Positions 45,575 to 56,398 of a stretch of DNA of 64,000 bases are shown piece by piece. The position numbers and the translations under genes were made by a program. This stretch comes from Corallochytrium limacisporum Hawaii (lineage: Eukaryota; Protista; Pluriformea). The notes under the pieces are model-generated. The model was not told the DNA's origin and did no database searches. It saw only the letters and a program-made list of their open reading frames with translations. The DNA lies in NCBI GenBank assembly GCA_002811645.1, contig PDIP01000259.1:1-64000 (forward strand), in the 5' to 3' direction. Position 1 is the stretch's first letter, and the number at the start of each line of letters is the position of its first letter.

Positions 45575-46759
45575 ATGCCAGGCATGACGACGGCACAGTC
45601 ATTGGCAACTACGCTTGGTATTCAGTTCGACGACGATGAGTTGGAGGCTGAAACCGCTCCCGAGCACCACGAATTACCAACAGAGCAGGAAAGAAACACT
45701 GAAAGTAACCAGGAAAATGAAAATGATGAGAACATTGAATTGATCCGTGCCGAAGACGCAAACAAGGAGGACGAAGCGAAACCAGTATTCAAGAAACTGC
45801 GTCGACCAACTCCGAAGATCGATCTGGATATGCTCGAAAGTAGCAACGGCATCCCATTGCTTTTGAAGACCATGGAAAAGGAAAAGTTTGGAGGACAGGG
45901 CTATGAGAGGAAGGATCTTTCAAAACTTATGGGTATCTATCAGGCATGGGCTGACAATTTGCAACCACGCTTCACATTCGCCAGTTCGATTGGAGCAATT
46001 TATAAAATTGGCCTAACTGCAAATGGACGGTCTGCAATGCAACAGATGCGGTACACCTATGAACAAGATGGTAAATTAGAGGGCAACATGGTACAGCAAC
46101 TAGAAGGTAATGCGAAGGAGGACGCCGTGCGCGCCTCTGAAGTCATGGACGAGGGCGATGACTTCGGTGCCTGGGGCACAGGCGGCGATGAAGTCGAACG
46201 GCAAACACCAAAAGTGAACCCTGTTCAGGAGGATACCAGGCGCTTGCAACACTTGGAGACTCTTGCTGATGACATGATCACGATGTCAGAGAAGATTGAA
46301 CGAAACCGGTTGCGTGCTATGGCCAAAAAGCGGCAAGCCGCGCAGGCACGGGCCATAAAGGCCGCGGAAGAGGAAATGCGCCGTGCCCAGGCTGCAACTC
46401 AGAATCAGGAAGCAGAAATGGATGTTGATGAAGGTGATCTTGCTGAAATGTGGGCAATTGCAGATGAGCAGGCTGGAGCTGCTTGCACTACAGAAATAAT
46501 TGAGCCCACCAAGGCGACAACAAGCACATGTGAAGCTGTGTCGGAGGGAAACGAAGCGCCTGTTCCACGGGCCGCTGAGCCAGCAAAGATGGAGTCGGTA
46601 GCACAAGAAACCAGAGCAGAGCCTGTGAGAAATGTAACACCTACTATCGAAATCCCGGTTGAAGTTTCTAAGGAAGCAATGGACACAAATACGAACGAAG
46701 GCGAGAACACGGATCCCAACACCATCGCTGTAGCCATGGACGCTGTGTCTGTAGAATAG
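45575..46759 (+). CDS. TIPIN: Replication fork protection protein TIPIN/Swi3/Csm3
   Basis: Swi3 domain 'GIPLL..KFGGQGYERKDLSKLMGIYQAWADNLQPRFTF' and RPA32-binding-like helix 'EKIERNRLRAMAKKRQ'. Confidence 0.88.
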   Translation: MPGMTTAQSLATTLGIQFDDDELEAETAPEHHELPTEQERNTESNQENENDENIELIRAEDANKEDEAKPVFKKLRRPTPKIDLDMLESSNGIPLLLKTMEKEKFGGQGYERKDLSKLMGIYQAWADNLQPRFTFASSIGAIYKIGLTANGRSAMQQMRYTYEQDGKLEGNMVQQLEGNAKEDAVRASEVMDEGDDFGAWGTGGDEVERQTPKVNPVQEDTRRLQHLETLADDMITMSEKIERNRLRAMAKKRQAAQARAIKAAEEEMRRAQAATQNQEAEMDVDEGDLAEMWAIADEQAGAACTTEIIEPTKATTSTCEAVSEGNEAPVPRAAEPAKMESVAQETRAEPVRNVTPTIEIPVEVSKEAMDTNTNEGENTDPNTIAVAMDAVSVE

Positions 46760-47264
46760 AAAAGACTTATCACAAATTTTACATACCCTCATTCATCCAA
46801 TATATTTCTCATAAAAGAATTGCAATCCATGAAATGATATTTTTTACCTCTCCTTTGTTTACTGGAATTGGCTTGCGAATCCATTTTTATATTTATACGG
46901 ACGGCTTTAAAATAAATGGGCCCCCTTTAACCGGTTCCTTACACAGCCACGCAGCTCCAGGGGCCTCTCCCTCTCCTTTGGGACCAACGCGAGACCCGCG
47001 TGGATTTCTGGCTGACCCGTGGGCGAAGTCGCGCCTCTACGGGCCAGCTTGAAGGCAGTGTTGTCGTCCAACTGGTAGCCTTTCCACAAGGGGGTACAAT
47101 TATGTCTGCCAACCCATGTGATTTTGTTTGGCGCTGGAAGGGTATTTATTGGTACTTATGGTCTGAGACTCACTGGGTACAAAATGGTTTTGAATCATGG
47201 CACCGTTCGAGCAAACAGGAATTTCTGAATTTGCGTGTACACGCAGAAAGTGCAGTAATCAGCC

Positions 47265-49013
47265 ATGACGAAGTTACAGAAGAAGAAAACAGGAAAGGCC
47301 ACCGGCTACATCAGCCGGAATCAGGCCCTGAAGAAGCTGCAAGTTAGTTTGCCCGATTTTCGCCGCCTATGTATCTTGAAGGGAATCTATCCCCGGGAAC
47401 CTAAGAACAAGAAGAAGGTCACGGGAGGGTCTACAGCTTTGAAAACGTACTACCATGAAAAAGATATTCGGTTCCTTATGCACGAACCGATTCTAGGGAA
47501 GTTTCGAGAATTCAAAGCATTCGTGAAGAAACTGAAAAAAGCGGTTGCCAAACATGAGCATGAGCTCGCAGAGTCCCTAGAGGGTCGTCAGCCCGTCTAC
47601 AAATTGGATCACCTCGTGCGTGAGCGGTACCCTTCCTTCGTGGATGCCATCAAGGACTTGGACGACGCCTTATGTATGATTTTCCTTTTCCGCAAGATGC
47701 CCCAACATGACCACATTGAAGCCAAAGTGGCGAAGGACTGCGAACGTCTTGCTAATGAATTCATGTACTACTGCGTGAGTGCCCGACGTATCCGTAAAGT
47801 GTTCATTTCCATCAAGGGCTACTACTACCAAGCAGATATCAAGGGTGTCCCTGTGACATGGCTGGTGCCGCACTACTTCTCACAGTCAGAGGTGCCGATT
47901 GATGTGGATTTCCGTGTCATGCTTACCTTCCTAGAGTTCCAACGCACCTTGCTGAGCTTTGTGAATTATAGACTTTACAAGGACCAGGGACTGGCGTACC
48001 CGCCTAAGTTTGACGCAGACCGTGTTGATGCGGCTGGTGGTTTCAATGCTATGCAGACCGAGAAACTGGGAAGCGCCTCCCTTGAGACCAAGAAGACCAC
48101 GGTCAAAGTGGCCGCGACAGTGGACGAAAATGACGAGCAGGTTAAAGAAAGCGAAGAACGGGTCAAGCAACTTGAATTTGCCATGAGTCACATCACTGAG
48201 AAGGACGAGAAGGAGGCCACCAAGACCTCTACAACTGGAGCAGACAAAGATGAAGGAGACGACGACGAAGGGTTTGAGGAAATGGAAGGCGACGATGCGG
48301 AAACGTATCGAAAGGCCAAATCCCTGCAAGCCGAAAAGGAGCGGAAGCGAACACTGTTTGAAGGTCTCCGCCTGTACATCAGCCGTGAAGTCCCTCGTGA
48401 ACCTTTTGAGTTTGTTGCTCGCAGCTTTGGAGCTCAGGTTGGCTGGGCTCCCACCGCTGGCGGCCATACGCCTTTCAGTGAGAACGATGGCTCAATCACG
48501 CACCAGATCATTGACCGTCCTGCAATCCTCAACGACCGCCCTGGACGGGCCTACATTCAGCCACAGTGGGTCTTTGACTGTGTAAACACTGGTAAACTGC
48601 TTCCAGTAGAGCAGTACAAACCGGGCGCACTGTTGCCACCGCATCTGAGTCCATTCGTCGAGGAGAGCGCCTTCGAATATGTGCCTCCGGAGCGGCGCGC
48701 TGAACTGGACGATGATCTCCTCCCAACCGAGGAGCGTGAGGCCAAGAAGGCTGCCGAGAAAATCGAGAAAATCGCCAACGCAGAGGACGAGGAGATTACA
48801 GAGCTGCGCAAGAGTATGATGAGCAAGAAGCACCGCCGTCTGTACGATCGCATCATGTACTCCCGCAGCGACAAACAGGCTAAGGCTGAGAAGCTGACGA
48901 AGAAACGTGAGGCTTATGAAGCGAAACAGAAACAAGACGCTCTCGCTGGCAACATGGCCACTAAGCAGAAAGTTGTCAACGCTAGTGGAAAGAAAAGTGC
49001 GAAGAAGAAGTGA
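47265..49013 (+). CDS. PES1: Pescadillo/Nop7 (PeBoW complex, BRCT domain)
   Basis: 'ISRNQALKKLQVSLPDFRRLCILKGIYPREP', 'DVDFRVMLTFLEF' and BRCT 'YIQPQWVFDCVN..LPPHLSPF'. Confidence 0.98.
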   Translation: MTKLQKKKTGKATGYISRNQALKKLQVSLPDFRRLCILKGIYPREPKNKKKVTGGSTALKTYYHEKDIRFLMHEPILGKFREFKAFVKKLKKAVAKHEHELAESLEGRQPVYKLDHLVRERYPSFVDAIKDLDDALCMIFLFRKMPQHDHIEAKVAKDCERLANEFMYYCVSARRIRKVFISIKGYYYQADIKGVPVTWLVPHYFSQSEVPIDVDFRVMLTFLEFQRTLLSFVNYRLYKDQGLAYPPKFDADRVDAAGGFNAMQTEKLGSASLETKKTTVKVAATVDENDEQVKESEERVKQLEFAMSHITEKDEKEATKTSTTGADKDEGDDDEGFEEMEGDDAETYRKAKSLQAEKERKRTLFEGLRLYISREVPREPFEFVARSFGAQVGWAPTAGGHTPFSENDGSITHQIIDRPAILNDRPGRAYIQPQWVFDCVNTGKLLPVEQYKPGALLPPHLSPFVEESAFEYVPPERRAELDDDLLPTEEREAKKAAEKIEKIANAEDEEITELRKSMMSKKHRRLYDRIMYSRSDKQAKAEKLTKKREAYEAKQKQDALAGNMATKQKVVNASGKKSAKKK

Positions 49014-49092
49014 AATTGTCACCAACGTATATCATTCAAAGTAGAAATAGAAATGATCTAGTCTTTTTAAAGTATGACACTTGTGCTTCGCC

Positions 49093-50403
49093 TCATTCTT
49101 TATCAGTGCCGCTACGGTTCTTCCACGCACTTGAATTGCTTGGACTCTCCCGTCCAGACCCGGTCAATTTACCTTTAGCTGCTGCTATCTGCGCCTGTTG
49201 CTGTTGCTGCCGTGCCGCGGCCCTCTGCTGCGCACTGACTGTGTGCTGCGCCAACTTTTGGTACGCGCCTGCGGCCGGTCTCATCGGTGCATGCGTGGGC
49301 CGGCTAGAAGTGGTGTCAGACCCGCCTGCGGCACCGCTAGTGCCACTGGCGGGTGACACACCAGACTGCGCCGTGGCGGTCCCGACACCAGCTCTCTTGC
49401 CACTGCGGAAGTGGCTGCGCAGGTGTGTATCGACGCTCCGTCCGCGAATGTCGCTTCCGGAGCGCAGTCCTCCGTCCCGCCCTAGTGGCTCAGAATCCGG
49501 GATTATGCCCCCTCGGTACATTGGCCGCAAAGGAGGTGGGCTGAATTCATCGTCCCCAAAGCCTGCAGCCATCGGGGTCGAGGCCGGAGTGATGGATGCG
49601 GCGTGTGGGTCAACCGCTGTGTAGTCTTTTCTCCCTGCCGGTCGACTGGTGGAACTGTCGGATCGATTCTGTGTTTCGTCGGTAGCGCTAGTATCTGTGT
49701 TTGTAGCCGTATTGCCAACTCCAGTGCCTCCCGGACCATTGTTGCTATTGTTGTTGTTTCCTCCGTGCATAGCACTGCTAATTGCATCGAGTTCCAGGTT
49801 GGGCAGCAGTTCATCGAGCTCGAGGAGGGCAGGTGAAACCAGTACGCTCCGCATCGCTTCATTGTTCTGCTGGAACTTAGACAGTAGCGTGGAAGGCATA
49901 TCATTTTCGTACTTTTCACATGCTGAAGCCAAAGAAAGCAGTGAGACTTGAATAGTTCGCTTGCGCCGAATGATCTGAGAGTCACCTGTTCCTTTGAACG
50001 GACTGGTTGCCAAAGTGGAGCTACTGTTCGTGGTCACACCGCTGACAGTAAGGTCCTCAGTGGCCAATTCAAGGGACCGCCGGCGATCTCTTGCACTTGC
50101 TGTATTGTAAATATTAGCGCCTGTCAAATGAATGAGATCGGCTCCCTGTTCGATCTTGACCCGCTCAATGCCTCTGATCTTTGCGTCTACTGTCAGTTGT
50201 ACAATCACCTCACTGCCTTCAAGTCGTTCTTCAGCCGGATACGGATCGTCCTCGTTCAGAACAATCAGATTGCAAGGTAAATTATGTCCCTGGCTGTCCA
50301 CTACCGATAGGACAATCTCACTATCCGCAGTCTGCCCTTCAGTATGAGCGTTCGGCCACACTACCTCCGCTTGTTGAGGAATCTGGTCCCCTGTGTCCGC
50401 CAT
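49093..50403 (-). CDS. Hypothetical protein (globular-looking N-half, disordered S/G/Q-rich C-half)
   Basis: 436-aa ATG-initiated ORF with typical protein composition, ending 79 bp from the PES1 stop. No family recognised. Confidence 0.75.
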   Translation of the reverse strand: MADTGDQIPQQAEVVWPNAHTEGQTADSEIVLSVVDSQGHNLPCNLIVLNEDDPYPAEERLEGSEVIVQLTVDAKIRGIERVKIEQGADLIHLTGANIYNTASARDRRRSLELATEDLTVSGVTTNSSSTLATSPFKGTGDSQIIRRKRTIQVSLLSLASACEKYENDMPSTLLSKFQQNNEAMRSVLVSPALLELDELLPNLELDAISSAMHGGNNNNSNNGPGGTGVGNTATNTDTSATDETQNRSDSSTSRPAGRKDYTAVDPHAASITPASTPMAAGFGDDEFSPPPLRPMYRGGIIPDSEPLGRDGGLRSGSDIRGRSVDTHLRSHFRSGKRAGVGTATAQSGVSPASGTSGAAGGSDTTSSRPTHAPMRPAAGAYQKLAQHTVSAQQRAAARQQQQQAQIAAAKGKLTGSGRESPSNSSAWKNRSGTDKE

Positions 50404-51003
50404 TCTCGCTGCTTTGCAAATGGCAGTCCAACCCCTCCGTCATATTCCCTACTCTGTTGTTATCTTCACAAAGAATCCATTAACAGACTATGGTCAAGAG
50501 ACCTAGATCGGGAAGTCCGACACCGAAATACCATCCAGCCCGTAAGGAACCGTTTGACCATTCAAACCTTCTGCGGCATCGCACCCGGGTTCCAACAACA
50601 GCTTGGCTTGGCTTGGCTGTTTCCACGGCACTAAAATAGACTCCTGATTCCAGCTTTAGTACCCAACGTACGGGACTCAATATGGTTTTGAGGGTTTCAG
50701 TTAGTCTTTACATCGCGAAACTATAGTACTGGTACTGTAGAAGTACTGAGCTCAGCGTAAAGCCCTCCCCCTCAGGGGGATAAATTGTGGGCGCGAAGAA
50801 CTCAAAGGGACTGACGAGCCCTGGTTGTGGGTCCATCGGAACGAAAGGTACCTTGGGCTGTGCATCAGGTAATTAAATCACCATTCAGGTGTTTGTAAGC
50901 ATGAAGTAGATGGGCCGGACGATTTCTTCCAGAACCAAATTTATTTCGGGAAGAGCAGAACATGTCTGAACAACAGTGCGAACGACTATGACACAGAAGC
51001 AAG

Positions 51004-53256
51004 ATGCCTACACCTACGCGGTCCGGGCCACTTGGCGACGTGAATGGCCGACACAAGCAGCCAAAGGCCGCTAAAATGCAGGATGAGATCTTGATCATTG
51101 ACGACAGTTCGGACGAGGGAACCCCTGAACGGGCCAAGAGCAGAAAGCTACCAAGGGCTGTAGAGAACACTCCACCCGCACACGGTGCAGAAGCCGTTCC
51201 TGCTACTCCAGCAAAATGCCCAGGGTGCAACAAAGGTATTCAAAGGTTTAGCCCTATGGCCCGTAACCTTCATGTTGAGCGGTGTATTGAAGGGACCAGA
51301 ACTCAAGAAACGCCGGAAAGCACACAAGGACAGGAGCGCGCTTGCGTGATCTGCACTAAAGATCTCAGCGGGTATTCGCCACGCGGTCGCGCACACCATG
51401 TTAATCAATGCACAATGGTAAACTACGAATATGGAAGAAACTCTTCCATCAGTGACGCAGGGCTGTCACAAACAAAGAATCGCGTCAAAGGGCATGCTCA
51501 GTGTCCCAATTGTCAGAAACAGATCATCGTGTCAGACGTCGCAAACATGCAGGATTTTGGCAGCCATCTGCGAAAATGTTGTAAGAACATGAGCGCTCAG
51601 GAGCGCATTCGAATCCTGAGGCAGGAAAAACTGCGCTTGGATGCAGAGGCACAGAGTATGGCAGAGGCAGTGGCCAGAGAGGCTAGTCGTCCAGTGGAGC
51701 ACCGAGACTCCTTCCGCACGGTAAGACCACAAAATATCGTAATCCCGCAGACTCCCGTGGACGACGGAAGGATCGGTGCAGCAGCCACTCCGGACACTAT
51801 CGAGGGACCGTCCAACGAGGCGGAACAAGAGCGTCTACGTCGGGCAAGTCTGTTGGTGCAGCAAGGACCCGCTACTACCCCATCCGCATCAACTTCCATT
51901 CGACCTGTGGCAAAGTCGAAAGTTCAGGGTGGTAGCAGTGCTCTCGCACAGGCAAAGGCCCTCTCAGCGTCATTGGTGACTCACGCTCGGGAGGAAGCGC
52001 GGCGGCAGCAGGAACGTGATGGCCTGTGTGGTCCTCTCCGTTACTCTAGCACAGAGCGTGAATCTATTTCACAGGCTCGACACAAGGCTATAATTGATGC
52101 TGGTACCACGGACCATGACGTCGATGACACAATGGGAAAAGAAAATCAAGGGTCGTCGACGCTGTACAAAGCATCCACTGCGTGTACGACACCACAGAAG
52201 ACCATGGTACGCGATGGTACTCTTCGAAGCCTCCGTGTCTGGTACCGGAACGCACTGGTAGATGCCCGCGCGGCGCACACCAAGCGGGTGGCAGAGATGG
52301 AACGGTGCTATCGTAGGGCAGTTAAACAGGCAAGAATTGACCTATACCAGCATGGGGCAGACACAAAGGGGTTCGAAGAATTGGCCCTAAGCTACGTCGG
52401 GGCACCTGATGCGAAGGAAATGTTTTGGGAAAGTCTCAACAACATCCAGGGCGCCGACGCGGCCGGTGACTTGCAAGACAGGGTCACGCTGACTGGCAAG
52501 AGAAACAACATGTTGCAGGCTGATGCCCTGTTAGTGCGCAAGGCGACAACAGGAAGTCACAATGGTCAAAGTCGTGCTGTAAGTGGTTCTGGTATGAGTG
52601 CTAGTCAACCTAGCTCCTTCCAGCCTCTCATGACCCCAACACGGGAAAAGACTATGTGCCATCCCAGATGTCTAGACAATGAAGAGAACCAAAGACCGAA
52701 ATTGGACACATCTGACATCATTCGTTTTGGTAGCTGCAGCAGTGATGACGAGGATGGCGAGGCCGCGAGCGAGCTTGAGATCATCGACGAGGAGACGACT
52801 AACGCGGGGCGAACTATTGCGACGAACCCAACAGCTACTCTGCCAATCACCATTGATGAAGACGATGGCAGTGATCATGGGGACCTCTACTCTGAGGACC
52901 TCTACTCGGAGACACAGGGCGGATTTCCGGATACTGCCCTAAACCAAAGCAACGTCAGCAGCGTCAGCAGTGCAATATCTATGGATTCTGCTGCCTCTGG
53001 TACTGGAAGCAATAAGGCCCGCACCATTCGTGACATGGACGAGCTACGTAAGGAATTCCATCGATTTGTCAGGGCACATCCGGACCTTTACCAGCAGATG
53101 CTAGAGTTTCGAGACCTCAAACTCGAAGATGTTCAACGTCAGTTCAAGGCCTTCGGCGTACGGTGTGGAAAGGTAAAGTTGCAGCGCCTGTTTGAAGAGG
53201 AGAACATTGTTCACCACCAGGCTAGTGTAGAAGCCAGACATGGTAACAGGGAGTAA
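51004..53256 (+). CDS. SLX4: SLX4/FANCP-like structure-specific nuclease scaffold
   Basis: Three N-terminal C2HC UBZ-like fingers (e.g. 'CVICTKDLSGYSPRGRAHHVNQC', 'SHLRKCC'), MLR-like 'LAQAKALSASL', and C-terminal SLX1-binding-like 'DLYQQMLEFRDLKLEDVQRQFKAFGVRCGKVKLQRLFEEENI'. Confidence 0.78.
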   Translation: MPTPTRSGPLGDVNGRHKQPKAAKMQDEILIIDDSSDEGTPERAKSRKLPRAVENTPPAHGAEAVPATPAKCPGCNKGIQRFSPMARNLHVERCIEGTRTQETPESTQGQERACVICTKDLSGYSPRGRAHHVNQCTMVNYEYGRNSSISDAGLSQTKNRVKGHAQCPNCQKQIIVSDVANMQDFGSHLRKCCKNMSAQERIRILRQEKLRLDAEAQSMAEAVAREASRPVEHRDSFRTVRPQNIVIPQTPVDDGRIGAAATPDTIEGPSNEAEQERLRRASLLVQQGPATTPSASTSIRPVAKSKVQGGSSALAQAKALSASLVTHAREEARRQQERDGLCGPLRYSSTERESISQARHKAIIDAGTTDHDVDDTMGKENQGSSTLYKASTACTTPQKTMVRDGTLRSLRVWYRNALVDARAAHTKRVAEMERCYRRAVKQARIDLYQHGADTKGFEELALSYVGAPDAKEMFWESLNNIQGADAAGDLQDRVTLTGKRNNMLQADALLVRKATTGSHNGQSRAVSGSGMSASQPSSFQPLMTPTREKTMCHPRCLDNEENQRPKLDTSDIIRFGSCSSDDEDGEAASELEIIDEETTNAGRTIATNPTATLPITIDEDDGSDHGDLYSEDLYSETQGGFPDTALNQSNVSSVSSAISMDSAASGTGSNKARTIRDMDELRKEFHRFVRAHPDLYQQMLEFRDLKLEDVQRQFKAFGVRCGKVKLQRLFEEENIVHHQASVEARHGNRE

Positions 53257-54533
53257 AGCCATGTCGCATGGCGACCAGTGTGTGTTTTTCAATAAGGAGA
53301 ATCGTACATGTACATAAACTGTTTATAATTGGCTACTCTGGCTGCCCAAGAATCGCCTCTGTGCGCTGACATAAAGACTGGTTTCCAGGGGATTCCGGAA
53401 CGGAAGGGGACCTGTGCTCAACAATGTCGGCAAGAGGTGTGCGACAGTTTTGTGTGGTGTGTCCTTCGATGACAATGGAGCCTTCGTAGCAGACAGTGAC
53501 GACAGTTCGATGGTCTGTCATAAATTATTTGGTTGGTGACGGTGTGGCTTCAGTGTACATCGCCGTACCACCGGGCGCATGTGCCTAACGGATGCCGGTC
53601 AGATCAGATTGCCCTAACCTTAGGGTCAGAACCTTAGGGGTAGAGCAGCATGAAAAATATATTTCAACCTGTCTTCAGATTGAAATCTCGCCAAATGCCG
53701 TCTATGCATATAATTGTTAGTGCGGTACTTGAATCTATACCAAATTTTCTTTCTGTCTACCTCCATATTGAACATAAGAGCGTACCGGTGATTGATAAAT
53801 CAAATGAAAAGTTTGGGGGCCTAGTTTACACATGTCTCCCGACCGCAAGCTGGCGGGGGGAGGCGACTGCGCACAGCCACTTTGGAGGATTGTGTCTCGA
53901 TCGGGCACCGGTCCCCTCCCAACAACAGTCCAAACCAATGAAGGCGATACAGCTGCAAACAACTGAAACAATGGATAAATACTGTACAACCGGTATTGAA
54001 CCGTCTCGTCTGCGCAGCATGGTTCCTGACTGTGGTACTGGTACACCACCATACCACGGGATCAAGCATCCGCGTATTATTCCAAACTGGAGAACGGAGA
54101 TCTTGTTTTTCCGGGACCTCTTGGGTGCACTGGGTTTCCTTAAGTCGTCCGATTGGTCAGGTTTTGGTTCCAATGGTCGAGCCAGCCTTTCTTTAGAAAT
54201 AGTTGCTTGCTTGGGCTTGGGTACACGTGTGAAACTTAGAGCCAACCGGGGGATAGGGGAAGATATCGCACCTGAATACGCAAAAGATTAGGCAAAACAA
54301 TTGACAGGTTTAAAGTGCGCTCTGGACAGAGGGCCATTTTTTGTTGCCTAATCAGCCGAAATTTTCCCGACACTTAAGTGCTACTGACTGTGCATAGGAA
54401 CCAAGCCGATTCCACCAAGTCCGGATTTTACGGTTGGACGGAGTTTATTTACCGTGCCGCTACGATGTTGTTGTAAAGGCCTTTTGCGTGTTTTCGGTTC
54501 GTTGTTAGCTGCTTCTGTAACAACATCAAGACG

Positions 54534-54648
54534 GTATGTTTGAGTGGTTCAACACTGTCGAGAATTGGTATTCAAGACGCGTGTGGTTGCATTATGTGTT
54601 GATGCTCCGTGTCACAAATTTTATCACCTAAGAGTCTAATCATCTTAG
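54534..54648 (+). other. Putative 5'-UTR intron of SETD3
   Basis: GTATGT donor, CTAAT branch site (54636-54640) and CTTAG acceptor, ending 10 nt before ATG 54659. Confidence 0.65.
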
Positions 54649-54658
54649 TGCAAGGAAT

Positions 54659-56290
54659 ATGCCAGGGGCACCGAAAGAGTTTTGGTTGTCGAAAGACGAC
54701 CCTTTCCCGAAGCCTCTCAAACAGCTGGCTGAGGGTGCTTCCGTGCGCGATCAGGAAACAATGACTCTACTGGCAGATATGTCTGCTCCGAAACGTGCCC
54801 TTGTGCAGAGCTCTTTCTACCTCTCTCGACTTGCCGATCCGGAGAAGGCCAAGGAAGACTTGAAGGAGATAATGACTTCTTTCAACAGTGCTTTGGAGGC
54901 CCAAAAGGATATGCCTTCACTGCTTGATGGTCTTGCTCCCTTCGAGACGAAGGACGACAAGGTCAAAGTCTTCGATGATCTGATGAAATGGGCGAAGGAG
55001 CGTGGAGTTGTCGGGGTTGACAACTTTGAGATAGATGTCGACTACGCAGAAGGGCCAGGTCTGAAATGTAAGACGGAGATCAAGAAGGGTGACATGTGCC
55101 TGATCATGCCCCTGAAAACCATGCTGCACGAGAAGAGTGTGCACGCCAACAATGCTCTACTTGGTGTCAAGAAAAAGCTCGAACTGAAGGGAACGGATTA
55201 CCTACAGCTGCTGCTCTTGAAGGAAGTTGCGAAGAAGGGTGACAGTGCTTGGTCTGCATATATTAACGCTTTGCCTCGCACCTACGATACTCCTCTGTAT
55301 GCATCCTTTGAGGACATGCAGGCCTTTGAGCATGACCCACACATTTTGGCTGAGACCGCCAAGCTGAACAAGTTTGTTATGCGAAGCTATCTAAACATAA
55401 TGACCAGTCTTGAGGGCAAGACTGCCAGCCTAGGTATCCCTCAGATCTCTCTGGCTGACTGGCGCTGGGCTTATCAGACCATTATTTCGAGGCAGAACAA
55501 TCTGACTTACAACCCAGAAAAGAAAGACTACATTCTCGCTCTGATTCCGGTCTGGGACATGGCAAACTACGACTACAGGGGAACCATTACCACTGTATTC
55601 GATCCCGCTAAGGAAGTTATGGAATGCTCCGCCAAGAAAACTTTCCAAGCGGGTGATCAATTCTACATTTTCTACGGGATGCGGCCAAACCACCTCTTGT
55701 TCCTCTATCAGGGATTCGTGCCGGAAAAGAACAATGCGGACATCTTCCCTTTGTCGTTGTCTCTCAAACCAAACGCTGAACACCAGCAGGATAAGCGGGT
55801 TGCCCTCCAAAGGGCACAGTTCCAGTCACCGGGAGTGACCCTGAACGTCAAGCGAGACGGAGAAGTGCCTCTGGAGGTCATGCCCATGGCCCGCTGTTTG
55901 TGTGCCAATGGAGAAGACATCAAGAAATCAAAAGAAAAGGTTGGCTTTCTTGATATCAGTAAGCCCCAGGACTTCGAATTTGAGAGTCGGGCCATCGGTT
56001 TCCTGCGCACTCGCGTCAACATCCTCAAGATGCACCGTGAGCGTGCTCTGAAAAAGCTGCAGGAAGGCGGCGCCGCCAATGGAAAGTACGTGCAGGAGGC
56101 GATCCGCATACTCGAAGGTCATATTGAAGCTTTGGGCAACTGCGCCATCAAACTTGACCGCGAAAAGCAGGTCATTGACCGGGTTATTGCTGGTGAGGAC
56201 GTACAGACAGTGTACAACGAGTACGAAGCAGAGAACAAGAAACTGCAAGAAGAGGAGCAGAAGAGGCTCATCGCCGAGGAAGAGGTTTAA
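54659..56290 (+). CDS. SETD3: SETD3-like actin histidine methyltransferase (SET plus Rubisco-LSMT substrate-binding domain)
   Basis: 'WRWAYQTIISRQN', 'LALIPVWDMAN' and 'FQAGDQFYIFYGMRPN..GF..N..D' closely follow the SETD3 pattern. Confidence 0.87.
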   Translation: MPGAPKEFWLSKDDPFPKPLKQLAEGASVRDQETMTLLADMSAPKRALVQSSFYLSRLADPEKAKEDLKEIMTSFNSALEAQKDMPSLLDGLAPFETKDDKVKVFDDLMKWAKERGVVGVDNFEIDVDYAEGPGLKCKTEIKKGDMCLIMPLKTMLHEKSVHANNALLGVKKKLELKGTDYLQLLLLKEVAKKGDSAWSAYINALPRTYDTPLYASFEDMQAFEHDPHILAETAKLNKFVMRSYLNIMTSLEGKTASLGIPQISLADWRWAYQTIISRQNNLTYNPEKKDYILALIPVWDMANYDYRGTITTVFDPAKEVMECSAKKTFQAGDQFYIFYGMRPNHLLFLYQGFVPEKNNADIFPLSLSLKPNAEHQQDKRVALQRAQFQSPGVTLNVKRDGEVPLEVMPMARCLCANGEDIKKSKEKVGFLDISKPQDFEFESRAIGFLRTRVNILKMHRERALKKLQEGGAANGKYVQEAIRILEGHIEALGNCAIKLDREKQVIDRVIAGEDVQTVYNEYEAENKKLQEEEQKRLIAEEEV

Positions 56291-56398
56291 ACTTTACCGA
56301 GAAAACATCACTAAAGTGTAATCATCAAATAGATAGTCAAATGCATGGTAACTAGCAGGCAACATTACTCAGCGCAAGTGACAGGCAGAAAGATAATG

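Noticed and set aside
53650-54291. 213-aa plus ORF and overlapping 139-aa minus ORF
   Set aside because: No recognisable domain and atypical composition; not supportable as a CDS without expression data.
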